The translations under genes were made by a program, and so were the position numbers. The notes beneath the pieces were generated by a model. It did not search any database and was not told the origin of the DNA. It worked only from the letters and a program-made list of their open reading frames with translations. Positions 29,172-39,105 of a stretch of DNA of 64,000 bases are shown here, piece by piece (within the stretch, counting starts at the first letter, position 1; each line of letters opens with the position of its first letter). The DNA comes from Bacteroidota bacterium. GTDB lineage: Bacteria; Bacteroidota; Bacteroidia; B-17B0; Aurantibacillaceae. The DNA lies in the NCBI GenBank assembly GCA_963169355.1, contig CAUJCR010000007.1:31637-95636 (forward strand). The letters are read 5' to 3'.

Positions 29172-30189
29172 ATTAACTCAATATAGTAAAGCATCAGGTT
29201 GTGGATGTAAAATTGCACCTGCTGTATTAAACGAAATTTTAAAAGATTGTAAGCAAAACCAAATTTTTGAAAAACTATTGGTTGGTAATCAAGCAAATGA
29301 TGATGCGGCAATTTTTGAATTAGATAACGAACAGTGCATTATAAGCACTACCGATTTTTTTACACCAATAGTTGATGATGCTTTTGATTTTGGAAAAATA
29401 TCGGCAACTAATGCCATTAGCGATGTGTATGCCATGGGAGGCAAACCAGTAATGGCAGTAGCAATATTGGGTTGGCCAATTGAAAAAATTCCTGTTGAGT
29501 TAGCACAACAAGTAATAAAAGGCGCACAAGAAATATGCACATTAGCGGGCATTCCTTTAGCGGGCGGACATAGTGTAGATACTCAAGAACCTTTATTTGG
29601 CTTAGCTGTTACAGGTGTAGTAAAAAAAAATCATATCAAGAAAAACAATACAGTTAAACAAAACGATTTACTTTATCTTACTAAACCCTTAGGTTTGGGT
29701 GTATTGAGCACAGCACTTAAAAGAGGCTTGCTATTAGATAACGAATATGAAATATTTATAAAGCATACCACTCAATTAAATAAAGTGGGCTATGAGTTAG
29801 GTACTCAACCCTATGTACATGCCATGACGGATGTAACAGGTTTTGGTTTAGCGGGTCATTTATTAGAAATGTTACAAGGCACTAATTTATCGGCTACTAT
29901 TTTTAAAAGTAAAGTACCAATTATGGAAGCAGCTCAAAAATACATTCATCAGTTTGTGATGCCTGATAATACAACAAGAAATTATAATGCTCATGCACCT
30001 TATATTGACGGTATGGAACATTTAGATTTTGTTGCATTTTGTGATCCTCAAACATCAGGTGGCTTATTAATTAGCATTGATGCCAAGCATCAACAAGAAT
30101 TAGAAATGTTATTGCATCAGCATCAAACTGCTTTTTATCAAATTGGCGAAGTGACAGCGCCACAACAAAAGATGATTTATTTTAGGTAG
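29161..30189 (+). CDS. selD: Selenide, water dikinase (selenophosphate synthetase), Cys-type
   Basis: N-terminal SGCGCKI motif (Cys, no in-frame UGA), DDAAI, and an AIR-synthase-like fold (GGHSV, TDVTGFGLAGH). Confidence 0.9.
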   Translation: MSVKLTQYSKASGCGCKIAPAVLNEILKDCKQNQIFEKLLVGNQANDDAAIFELDNEQCIISTTDFFTPIVDDAFDFGKISATNAISDVYAMGGKPVMAVAILGWPIEKIPVELAQQVIKGAQEICTLAGIPLAGGHSVDTQEPLFGLAVTGVVKKNHIKKNNTVKQNDLLYLTKPLGLGVLSTALKRGLLLDNEYEIFIKHTTQLNKVGYELGTQPYVHAMTDVTGFGLAGHLLEMLQGTNLSATIFKSKVPIMEAAQKYIHQFVMPDNTTRNYNAHAPYIDGMEHLDFVAFCDPQTSGGLLISIDAKHQQELEMLLHQHQTAFYQIGEVTAPQQKMIYFR

Positions 30190-32062
30190 TTACCTTAGTT
30201 AAGAGTTTAAATGACTCTTTCCATGATAAGTTACGCGAGCGACAAGCAATGATAAACGAAATAAGGAAACTTGAAATGATATTAACGGTTCCAATTAATA
30301 AAACACCAACAAATACAGTTAATATTAAATCTAAACCAAATTGATAACCACTACCTAATGATAATCCAAAATAACCTGATGAGATAGTAACGTGTCTAAT
30401 ATCAAACGGAATACCGATAAAATGACCAATGTTTCCAGCCATTCCAAGCATAAAACCAAGTAATAAATTGCCAATAATACCACCTAAATTTTTTCCTATA
30501 AAAGCAGCTATTTTTTGCCTAAGTGGTAATGAGTAAATGGCAATTAAACTTGGGTGTTTGATAATACGTTCTGGAATTTCGGAATACACAACCTTATTAT
30601 CTACATAACCAATAATAATACCTGTGATAGATAAAAATACACCAGCAATAGCAGCATAAATTAATGAGCCGCTATAAAAAGGATGATTTGAATACAAACT
30701 ACTTTTAGCTTCTTCTGGATTCAGAACATGTAAATCGAAAAAATACATCAATGCCCATGTTGTTAAATAACAAAGAGGTAATACAATAATTAAATTCCCA
30801 ATTAATGAAATAAATTGGCTATTGATTACTTGCTTAAACATCAACCAAGGATTTATATTTTCTTTGTTTGATTTATCAATACCGCTGGCAATAAATGCGG
30901 CCGTCATTGCAGGTTGTTTGGTAGCTAATGTGAAATGAAGTAAGTGCATTAATACAAAGCCTAAGCCGTAGTTTAATCCAAATAAAAAGCCTTCAAAAAA
31001 TAAGGATAAATGAAGTGTGTGTATAAATTGTTTAATGAATACTAAAAACACCACAATTAATCCGCCACCCATAGCTGATTTAAGTAATTTTCTATTTTCT
31101 TCTTTAGAAAAACCAATGTAATGTTCGCCTTTTTCGGACGCGTGACAGATAATTCGATAAGCCATTAAATGTGTATTTGCTTTTACAAATTCATTTAAGC
31201 TGTTTTTAGTATGTTCTGCTTTTACTAACTCTGTTAGTAATTTAGTAACATTTAAAACATTGTCTTGCTCACCTTTTGTAATAAATAAATCAAGCAATAA
31301 TCTAATTCTATCAATATGTTGGCGTGCTCGTATGGATAAAAAAGTTAAGTGTAAACTCGTGCCTATTTCATCTTTTTTCGATTCTAATTGTAAAAATAAA
31401 TCTTCGGCTGAGTTTAAATTTTTTAAAACAATTTCAAATTCGCTGTCATCTATTTCAATGGTGTTATCGTTAAAATGTTTTTTTATAAAACTTAAAATTT
31501 GGTTATTAAACTCAAAAAAGGTTTCATCGGTATAACCCGTATCCTTAAATTTTGAAGTGATGTAAGGGTTTATAACAATAGATGATAAACGATAACTTAA
31601 AACAACGATAGCTTGATAAATTTGATGCGTGAGTTGTTTGGAATGTGTTATCAATTGTTTGCTATCTATGAGTTGAGCAATTAATTTCCAATTACTGGCA
31701 TTTATTTTTTGCAACCATATATAATCGTCTTGTTTATGAAATAATAGCCGTATAAATTGGTTTAACTCTTTTTCATCATAATTAGGTGGTAAAATTTTAT
31801 GTTTAAGTCTTAAAATAATTTCAGATATAAAACCTCTATCGGAGAGAATACCATATTCTGTAAATGCTTTTACAAATGAGGCGTTTTCGAGTATTTGATA
31901 ACAAAAAACAGTAAGTTCATTTTTTAACAACTCATCAGAAGATTTTGACAGTAAAAGCTTTTCCAGTTTCTCATTAAATAAATCAGGGGAGTTACTGGCA
32001 AATGTTCTTACTTTTTTGGTGAGGTTTATGAGTTCTGTGTAGGTTGTGTGTTCCTGTATCAT
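30182..32062 (-). CDS. Large polytopic membrane protein with helical soluble N-terminal half (possibly the family misleadingly named site-specific recombinase Gcr)
   Basis: About 320 aa of soluble helical region followed by at least 6 hydrophobic helices. The family assignment is from memory only. Confidence 0.45.
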   Translation of the reverse strand: MIQEHTTYTELINLTKKVRTFASNSPDLFNEKLEKLLLSKSSDELLKNELTVFCYQILENASFVKAFTEYGILSDRGFISEIILRLKHKILPPNYDEKELNQFIRLLFHKQDDYIWLQKINASNWKLIAQLIDSKQLITHSKQLTHQIYQAIVVLSYRLSSIVINPYITSKFKDTGYTDETFFEFNNQILSFIKKHFNDNTIEIDDSEFEIVLKNLNSAEDLFLQLESKKDEIGTSLHLTFLSIRARQHIDRIRLLLDLFITKGEQDNVLNVTKLLTELVKAEHTKNSLNEFVKANTHLMAYRIICHASEKGEHYIGFSKEENRKLLKSAMGGGLIVVFLVFIKQFIHTLHLSLFFEGFLFGLNYGLGFVLMHLLHFTLATKQPAMTAAFIASGIDKSNKENINPWLMFKQVINSQFISLIGNLIIVLPLCYLTTWALMYFFDLHVLNPEEAKSSLYSNHPFYSGSLIYAAIAGVFLSITGIIIGYVDNKVVYSEIPERIIKHPSLIAIYSLPLRQKIAAFIGKNLGGIIGNLLLGFMLGMAGNIGHFIGIPFDIRHVTISSGYFGLSLGSGYQFGLDLILTVFVGVLLIGTVNIISSFLISFIIACRSRNLSWKESFKLLTKVTT

Positions 32063-32175
32063 AGGTTTTATTCAAGTACAATAATACTTAATTTTATAAA
32101 GGGCAGTATTTTATTAACGCTGTTTAACACAATAAATGTCTAAAAGTCATGTTTTTACATATTAAAAAAATAGCG

Positions 32176-32183
32176 TATTTTTG
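32176..32183 (+). promoter_or_regulatory. Candidate -7 box TATTTTTG only 5 nt upstream of the dxs ATG
   Basis: Exact TAnnTTTG match at 32176-32183, with ATG at 32189. Confidence 0.35.
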
Positions 32184-32188
32184 AAGCA

Positions 32189-34138
32189 ATGGAAATTGTA
32201 AAAGGTTCGGGTGTTATACCAGGAGACTTATTAGCTAAGGTTAATTCTCCTGCCGATTTAAAGAAACTTAAGGAAGATGAGTTAGAACAGTTTTGTTCTG
32301 AATTACGTCAATTTATTATTGATATTGTTTCTGTAAAAGGAGGGCACTTTGGTGCTTCATTAGGTGTTGTAGAATTAACTACGGCGCTTCATTACGTGTT
32401 TAATACACCTTACGATCAATTGGTATGGGATGTGGGACATCAAGCGTATGGTCATAAAATTATTACTGGTCGTCGAGATGTGTTTCACACCAATCGAATT
32501 TATAAAGGCATCAGCGGTTTTCCTAAGCGTTCAGAGAGTGAATACGATACTTTTGGCGTGGGACATTCATCTACTTCGATAGGTGGAGCTTTAGGAATGG
32601 CCGTAGCTAGCCAGTATAAAGGCATAAAAGATAAACAACATATTGCAGTTATAGGAGATGGTTCTATGACCGCTGGTCAGGCTTTTGAAGCTTTAAATCA
32701 TGCTGGTATTTCTAATGCTAATTTATTAGTGGTGCTAAATGATAATTGCATGAGTATTGATCCAAATGTTGGAGCGCTTAGAGAATACTTAACAGATATT
32801 ACCACTTCACATACTTACAACAAAGCAAAAGATATGGTGTGGGAACTGCTTGGAAAAATTAGCAAGTTTGGTCCTAATGCCCAAGAAATTGCCAGTAAAG
32901 TAGAAAATGCAGTTAAGACGTCTTTATTACATCAAAGTAATTTATTTGAGTCGTTAAAGTTTAGATATTTTGGCCCTGTAGATGGACATGATGTGGTGCG
33001 CTTAACAAAAGTGATGGCCGATTTAAAAGATATTCCAGGCCCTAAATTATTACATGTACTTACTAAAAAAGGAAAAGGCTATAAATTTTCTGAAGAAGGA
33101 AATGAAACGGTGTGGCATGCGCCAGGATTGTTTAATAAAGATACAGGCGAAATTATTAAAGTAACACCTAAAGAGCCTCAACCACCCAAGTACCAAGATG
33201 TATTTGGACACACCATTATTGAGTTAGCAGAAAAAAATTCAAAAATAATGGGCATTACGCCAGCTATGCCTACAGGTTGTTCATTAAATTTAATGATGAA
33301 AGCAATGCCCGATAGAGCTTTTGATGTGGGAATTGCCGAACAACATGCTGTTACATTTAGTGCAGGACTAGCTACGCAAGGTTTAGTGCCTTTTTGCAAT
33401 ATTTATTCTTCTTTTATGCAACGTGCTTACGATCAAGTAGTGCATGATGTGGCTTTACAAAATTTAAAAGTAGTGTTTTGTTTAGATAGAGGAGGACTAG
33501 CAGGTGCTGATGGGCCAACGCATCACGGCGCTTTTGATATTGCTTACTTCCGTTGTATTCCTAATATGATTGTGAGTGCGCCAATGAATGAAGAAGAGCT
33601 TCGTAATTTAATGTACACAGCTCAGCTAGATGAAATTCAAGCACCTTTTAGTATTCGTTATCCGCGTGGAAATGGAGTGATGGTAGAATGGAAAACACCA
33701 TTTAAGAAAATTGAAATTGGCAAAGGAAGAAAATTAAAAGATGGTAAGGACGTGTCTATTCTTTCACTAGGACACCCTGGCAACTTGGTTACTCAAGCTA
33801 TTTCAAAGCTCGAAGAAGAAGGCGTATCAGTAGCGCATTACGATTTACGATTTGCTAAGCCATTAGATGAAGCTATGTTACACGAAGTATTTTCTCGTTA
33901 TAAGAAAGTAATTACCGTAGAAGATGGAACAATTGTAGGTGGTGTTGGAAGTGCGGTATTAGAGTTTATGGCAGAGAATAATTACAGCGCTCAAGTAAAA
34001 CGCTTAGGTATTCCAGATAAATTTATTGAACATGGCGAACAGCCCGAGTTATATGAAGAATGTGGTTTCTCTGCTTCGCACATTTATCAAGAAGTTTTAG
34101 AAGTTCTTAAAGTAAAACAGCATAGTCATGTTGGGTAA
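32189..34138 (+). CDS. dxs: 1-deoxy-D-xylulose-5-phosphate synthase
   Basis: GGHFGASLGVVELT, VWDVGHQAY.HK, GDGSMTAG (ThDP motif), GIAEQHAVT. Confidence 0.95.
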   Translation: MEIVKGSGVIPGDLLAKVNSPADLKKLKEDELEQFCSELRQFIIDIVSVKGGHFGASLGVVELTTALHYVFNTPYDQLVWDVGHQAYGHKIITGRRDVFHTNRIYKGISGFPKRSESEYDTFGVGHSSTSIGGALGMAVASQYKGIKDKQHIAVIGDGSMTAGQAFEALNHAGISNANLLVVLNDNCMSIDPNVGALREYLTDITTSHTYNKAKDMVWELLGKISKFGPNAQEIASKVENAVKTSLLHQSNLFESLKFRYFGPVDGHDVVRLTKVMADLKDIPGPKLLHVLTKKGKGYKFSEEGNETVWHAPGLFNKDTGEIIKVTPKEPQPPKYQDVFGHTIIELAEKNSKIMGITPAMPTGCSLNLMMKAMPDRAFDVGIAEQHAVTFSAGLATQGLVPFCNIYSSFMQRAYDQVVHDVALQNLKVVFCLDRGGLAGADGPTHHGAFDIAYFRCIPNMIVSAPMNEEELRNLMYTAQLDEIQAPFSIRYPRGNGVMVEWKTPFKKIEIGKGRKLKDGKDVSILSLGHPGNLVTQAISKLEEEGVSVAHYDLRFAKPLDEAMLHEVFSRYKKVITVEDGTIVGGVGSAVLEFMAENNYSAQVKRLGIPDKFIEHGEQPELYEECGFSASHIYQEVLEVLKVKQHSHVG

Positions 34139-34185
34139 CATATTTCTTTAACACAAATTTCGTTTTATACCTCCCAAGTTTTCAT

Positions 34186-34193
34186 TAAATTTG
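34186..34193 (+). promoter_or_regulatory. Candidate -7 box TAAATTTG upstream of the DUF4175-like gene
   Basis: Exact TAnnTTTG, 17 nt before GTG 34210. Confidence 0.4.
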
Positions 34194-34209
34194 GTAATTA
34201 ACTTATTTA

Positions 34210-37200
34210 GTGAATACATCACAAAACATACTTATTTTAAAGCTCGATGAGTTTATTCGAAAGTATTATAAAAATCAACTCATTAAAGGCTTGTTGTATG
34301 CTACGGGTTTATTAGTGGCGGTATTTTTATTTATTGTTATCACCGAGTATTTTGCTGAGTTTGGTATCACCACGCGCACTATATTGTTTTATGTATTTAT
34401 AGCCTGTAGTGCTTTTGTGTTAGGTAAATACATTATCATCCCTTTATTAAAATTAAATAGGCTCGGTTCAGTTATTTCGTACGAGGAAGCGGCACATATT
34501 ATTGGTAAACATTTCAGCTCTATTAACGATAAATTACTTAACACCTTGCAATTACAAAAAAATGCTGGTTCTATTCTGTCTGCTGAGTTATTAACGGCAA
34601 GTATTAATCAAAAAATGGAAGAGTTAAAACCTATTCCCTTTACTTCGGCTATTAATCTTAAAGACAATAAGCAATATCTAAAATATGCCTTGCCACCTAT
34701 TATTTTGTTTGTACTTATTTTTATGCTTAAGCCAAATATTATTACCGATGGCACTGAGCGCATGGTATTTCATCAAACTTATTTTGAAAAACAAGCACCT
34801 TTCCAATTTGAAATTGCTAATAAAAACTTAGAAGCCATACAACAACAAGATTTTAAATTGGAATTAAAATTAAAAGGCGATGAAATACCAAACGAAGTTT
34901 ATGTGTTAGTGGATGGCATTGAGCATAAAATGGATAAAGCAGATAAATTAAATTTTGCTTATACGTTTAAAAACGTTCAAAAAAATCAAAATTTTGTTTT
35001 TGTGGCCGCAGGCTATAATTCTAAATCTTATGAATTAATGGTATTACCAAAGCCTATGTTAATGCACTTTGATATTCAACTCATCTATCCTGCTTATTTG
35101 CATAAAGCTAACGAAACGGTTTCTAATATTGGAGATTTGCAATTACCACAAGGCACCAAGTTGCAATGGTTATTTCATACTAAAAATACCGATCAAATTT
35201 ATTTACGATTTGCTGACACCATACTTGATGCTAGTAAAAAATCAAATGAGGAATTTCTGTTCTCTAAACAAATGATGCAAAGTACCTCGTATAGTATTAA
35301 AACCATGAATCATTTTTTAAAACAGAATCCCGATTCGGTTAATTATACAATTAATGTTATACCAGACCAAGTGCCTTTAATTGATGTAAGTGAAAAAGTA
35401 GATTCCTTAAACCCAAAAAATATTTATTTCTCTGGAACCGTTAAAGATGATTATGGCTTTACCAAATTGCAATTTAAGTACACGCTTTATACTCAAGATT
35501 CTTTAGGAAAGCCAATAATTAAAACGGGCGAACAAGCTATGGGAATTGACAAACAACAAATCTCTCAACCTTATTTTTATTTTTTAGACGCATCTAAATT
35601 TCAATTATTACCTGGCGATAAAATTGAATATTATTTTGAAGTTTGGGATAATGATGGCATCATAGGAGCAAAATCAGCCAAAACACAAACCATGCAATAC
35701 AAATCGCCAACAATGGATGAACTGAATGCTGCTACGGATAAAACAAATTCGGAAATAAAAAAAGACCTTGAGCAAAATGTAAAAAGGGCTAAAGATTTAC
35801 AAAAAGATATTAATGATTTAACTAAGAAGTTAGTTGACAAGAAACAAATTGATTATGAGGCTAAGAAAAAATTAGAAGACATTATTAAAAAACAAAATGA
35901 GTTGAAATCGAAAATAGATGAAAACAAACAACAAAATCAACTCAACAACCAACAACAACAGGAAAACCAACAACTAAGCGAATCTTTACTTGAGAAACAA
36001 AAGCAACTTGAAGAGTTGTTTGAAAACATAATGTCGCCCGAAATGAAAAAACTATTTGATGAGTTAAATAGATTGATGGATAAATTAGATAAAAATCAGG
36101 TGCAACAAAAATTAGAAGAATTGAAACTGACCAACAAAGATATGGAAAAGGAACTCGACCGTACTTTAGAAGCCTTTAAACAAATGGAGGTTGAACAAAA
36201 ACTAGAACAAGCCATTGATAAATTACAAGAGATAAAAACAAAAGAAGAAGCATTAAAAAAAGAAACCGAAGGCAATAAAAATAGCGAGAAACCGAACAAT
36301 AAGGATAATGAAAAATCGAATGAAAAAGATGGGAAGAATGATGATACATCAAAGACAGATGATAAGAATGATAAAGAACAAAAATCAAATTCATCAAAAG
36401 AATTAGAACAAAAACAAAACGAACTCAGTAAACAATTTGAGAACCTAAAAAAAGATTTAAAAGAATTGCAAGAAAAAAATGCAGCACTCGAAAGTCCTAA
36501 TGAGATTCCCAAAACAGAGCAACAACAAAAAGAAGTGTCGCAAGAGATGCAAAATAGTGCTAATCAATTAAATCAAAATAATAAAAAGAAAGCATCGCAG
36601 TCTCAACAAAAAGCTACAGAAGGGATGCAGCAAATGCAACAACAAATGCAACAAGCCTTAGATGCGATGCAACAAGAATCTCAGGAAGAAGATATGCAAG
36701 CGGTGCGTCAAATATTAGAGAATTTATTAAACTTATCCTTTGCTCAAGAAAACTTAATGGGACAACTTTCAAAAATAAGGAGCGACAATCCGCAATATTT
36801 AAAAGTAACACAAACTCAAAAAAAATTGCAAGATGACTCCAAGATTATTGAAGATAGTTTATTAGCCTTAAGTAAACGCCAACCTATGATTAGCGCAACG
36901 GTTAATCGCGAAATATCAGCTATTAATATGAACATGGGAAAAGCCGTAGAGGAGTTAGCGGAAAGGATGCAGTCAAACGCACAAATGCGTATGCAGTATT
37001 CCATGACCTCTATTAATAACTTGGCTTTATTACTCAACGAGTCGTTAGAGCAGATGCAAAAACAAGCTAAAGACCAAAAACAAGGTAAGCCAGGCAATGG
37101 TAGTTGTAAAAAACCGGGTAAAGGGCAGAAACCAAGCCCAGGACAAAAACCAGGAGATGGAACGCCGAGTATGCAAAGTTTAAAACAAATGCAGCAACGC

Positions 37201-37785
37201 CTTAACCAGCAAATAGAAGAACTAAAAAAACAACTGGAACAACAAGCTAATAAGCCAGGCGGACAAAAACCAGGTCAGAAACCAGGTGGACAAAAACCAG
37301 GCGGACAAGGCGGAGTAGGGCAACAGGGACAACAAGGCACTATGCCCGGGCAACAAGGGCAAGGCATGAGCGAGCAATTAGCTAAAATGGCGGCTCAGCA
37401 AGAGGCTTTGCGCCGTCAGATGCAACAAATGCTAGATAAAATTAAAAAAGAAGGAGGCTCGAATCCGGGTGGAAATATTGCCGATATGATGGAAGAAACC
37501 GAGCGAGATTTAGTAAATAGAAAAATTACTCAGGAAACCCTTAAACGTCAGCAAGATATAATAACTAAACTTTTAGAAAGTGAAAAAGCAGAGCGGGAAC
37601 GAGAGCAAGACGAGCAAAGAAAAAGTAATGAAGCAAAAAATCAAGATTTTAGTAACCCTAGCCAATTTTTAGAGTATAAAAGACTAAAAGAAAAAGAATT
37701 AGAATTGTTAAATACGGTTTCGCCAAGTTTAACACCTTATTACAAACAAAAAGTAAACGAATATTTTAATAGCGTGAACAAATGA
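34210..37785 (+). CDS. DUF4175-like membrane-anchored protein with very long K/E/Q coiled-coil and G-Q-K-P low-complexity region (1191 aa, GTG start)
   Basis: N-terminal LDEFIRKYYKNQLIKG plus two TM helices, a globular middle, then about 600 aa of charged coiled coil including GGQKPGQKPGGQKPGGQGG. Confidence 0.7.
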   Translation: MNTSQNILILKLDEFIRKYYKNQLIKGLLYATGLLVAVFLFIVITEYFAEFGITTRTILFYVFIACSAFVLGKYIIIPLLKLNRLGSVISYEEAAHIIGKHFSSINDKLLNTLQLQKNAGSILSAELLTASINQKMEELKPIPFTSAINLKDNKQYLKYALPPIILFVLIFMLKPNIITDGTERMVFHQTYFEKQAPFQFEIANKNLEAIQQQDFKLELKLKGDEIPNEVYVLVDGIEHKMDKADKLNFAYTFKNVQKNQNFVFVAAGYNSKSYELMVLPKPMLMHFDIQLIYPAYLHKANETVSNIGDLQLPQGTKLQWLFHTKNTDQIYLRFADTILDASKKSNEEFLFSKQMMQSTSYSIKTMNHFLKQNPDSVNYTINVIPDQVPLIDVSEKVDSLNPKNIYFSGTVKDDYGFTKLQFKYTLYTQDSLGKPIIKTGEQAMGIDKQQISQPYFYFLDASKFQLLPGDKIEYYFEVWDNDGIIGAKSAKTQTMQYKSPTMDELNAATDKTNSEIKKDLEQNVKRAKDLQKDINDLTKKLVDKKQIDYEAKKKLEDIIKKQNELKSKIDENKQQNQLNNQQQQENQQLSESLLEKQKQLEELFENIMSPEMKKLFDELNRLMDKLDKNQVQQKLEELKLTNKDMEKELDRTLEAFKQMEVEQKLEQAIDKLQEIKTKEEALKKETEGNKNSEKPNNKDNEKSNEKDGKNDDTSKTDDKNDKEQKSNSSKELEQKQNELSKQFENLKKDLKELQEKNAALESPNEIPKTEQQQKEVSQEMQNSANQLNQNNKKKASQSQQKATEGMQQMQQQMQQALDAMQQESQEEDMQAVRQILENLLNLSFAQENLMGQLSKIRSDNPQYLKVTQTQKKLQDDSKIIEDSLLALSKRQPMISATVNREISAINMNMGKAVEELAERMQSNAQMRMQYSMTSINNLALLLNESLEQMQKQAKDQKQGKPGNGSCKKPGKGQKPSPGQKPGDGTPSMQSLKQMQQRLNQQIEELKKQLEQQANKPGGQKPGQKPGGQKPGGQGGVGQQGQQGTMPGQQGQGMSEQLAKMAAQQEALRRQMQQMLDKIKKEGGSNPGGNIADMMEETERDLVNRKITQETLKRQQDIITKLLESEKAEREREQDEQRKSNEAKNQDFSNPSQFLEYKRLKEKELELLNTVSPSLTPYYKQKVNEYFNSVNK

Positions 37786-38192
37786 TACCGGGAAGAGGAG
37801 AGAAAATAAATATCCCATCATCATCTGAAAACATTCGATTAGTAGAGCGATTGGTAGATGATGTGTGCGATGTGTTTAATATTAATGAAGATAGTTACGG
37901 CAATATTTTAATAGCCGTTACCGAAGCTGTAAATAATGCCATATATCATGGCAATAAAAGTAATCCGAACAAACAAATAAAAATTGGATTTGAGTCGGAA
38001 GAAAAAAACATTAAGTTCATTGTAGCTGATGAAGGACAAGGTTTTGATTATAACAATTTGCCCGATCCAACCGATCCAGTTAATATAGATAAACCACATG
38101 GCAGGGGCGTTTTTTTGATGAAAAACCTAGCCGATAAAGTTGAGTTTAAAAACAATGGTAATGAGGTAATGCTTACCTTTCATGTTAATTAA
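37782..38192 (+). CDS. RsbW/SpoIIAB-like HATPase_c anti-sigma-factor-type serine kinase
   Basis: TEAVNNAIYHGN (N-box), ADEGQGFD (G1), HGRGVFLM (G2). ATGA overlap with the upstream gene. Confidence 0.75.
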   Translation: MIPGRGEKINIPSSSENIRLVERLVDDVCDVFNINEDSYGNILIAVTEAVNNAIYHGNKSNPNKQIKIGFESEEKNIKFIVADEGQGFDYNNLPDPTDPVNIDKPHGRGVFLMKNLADKVEFKNNGNEVMLTFHVN

Positions 38193-38608
38193 TGATTACG
38201 TTCTCAAACCTCAGTCTTAATTTTAAGTTGAAAAATAAAACTAAAATTAAGCGATGGATAAAAACCATTACCGAAAAAGAAAAACATACTTTAGGTCATG
38301 TTAATTATATTTTTTGTACAGATGATGAATTACTTGAAATTAATATCAAGCATTTAAATCATAAGACACTTACCGATATAATTACTTTTGATTATACCGA
38401 AACCAAAACCATAAATAGCGATATTTTTATTAGTATAGAACGCGTAGAAGAAAACGCTAAAAAATTTAAAGTAACATTTCAAGAAGAATTATACCGTGTG
38501 ATGATACATGGTATATTGCATTTGTGTGGTTATAAAGATAAAACTAAGTTAGAATCAGAAACCATGCGTAAAAAAGAAAACTGGGCACTCAAGTTTATTG
38601 AAAAATGA
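38192..38608 (+). CDS. ybeY: rRNA maturation endoribonuclease YbeY
   Basis: HGILHLCGYKD metal-binding motif, 138 aa. Its start overlaps the upstream stop by 1 nt. Confidence 0.9.
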   Translation: MITFSNLSLNFKLKNKTKIKRWIKTITEKEKHTLGHVNYIFCTDDELLEINIKHLNHKTLTDIITFDYTETKTINSDIFISIERVEENAKKFKVTFQEELYRVMIHGILHLCGYKDKTKLESETMRKKENWALKFIEK

Positions 38609-39045
38609 AATCCATATTTAAAACCCTCATCATCTTCTTTTTATTTCCCTTTGCATTAATGGGGCAGAGCATTAATAATGAATTAAAGGTAAATGGTAAA
38701 ATAGTGGATTATAATAATTGTTACGAAGTAAAAATGGTAAAACAGTTACCGCAACTGCTTTCGGGTTTTGTGTGTGAAGTAAGAGAAGCTCAAATAATAG
38801 ACGACTGCCTTGAGCTATCGGTGGTGTATGGCGGCTGTAATGGCAACTTAGAGTTAATGACTGACCATGTTATTAATTCTCAATCACAATTAGTGTTTAT
38901 GCCACGTTGGGCGGAGCCCTCAATGTGTAAAGCTATGACTATTATAAAAATTTTATTTGATTTAAAGCCTTACAAAACCTTCATAAAAGAACAATCGGCA
39001 ACAATAAAAATTGCCAACTCTAACTTTGATTTATTTTATAATTAA
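38605..39045 (+). CDS. Secreted Cys-containing hypothetical protein (146 aa)
   Basis: Signal peptide LIIFFLFPFALMGQ and ATGA overlap with ybeY. No recognised motif. Confidence 0.55.
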   Translation: MKSIFKTLIIFFLFPFALMGQSINNELKVNGKIVDYNNCYEVKMVKQLPQLLSGFVCEVREAQIIDDCLELSVVYGGCNGNLELMTDHVINSQSQLVFMPRWAEPSMCKAMTIIKILFDLKPYKTFIKEQSATIKIANSNFDLFYN

Positions 39046-39105
39046 CACACCGATAAAAAAATGGAGTTAAATCAAATTTGTATATTCGTGTTTTAATTAA
39101 ACACT

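Noticed and set aside
29632-29640. A9 homopolymer within selD as a phase-variation switch
   Set aside because: A/T homopolymers of 8-9 nt are frequent in this AT-rich genome. Unlike the dnaX tract, there is no biological precedent or suggestive out-of-frame stop arrangement.
36096-36512. Antisense and shadow ORFs inside large genes, for example 36096-36512(-), 44118-44621(-), 62429-62905(+), 4064-4417(-), 58000-58389(-)
   Set aside because: They lie wholly within well-supported genes on the opposite strand or in another frame. Their compositions are S/F/L/C-rich mirror images of K/E/Q or T/G-rich coding sequence, which is typical of non-coding shadow frames.
37080-37340. The G-Q-K-P-G repeats as a collagen-like triple-helix region
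   Set aside because: There is no sustained G-X-Y triplet periodicity. It is a short low-complexity tract inside a coiled-coil protein.
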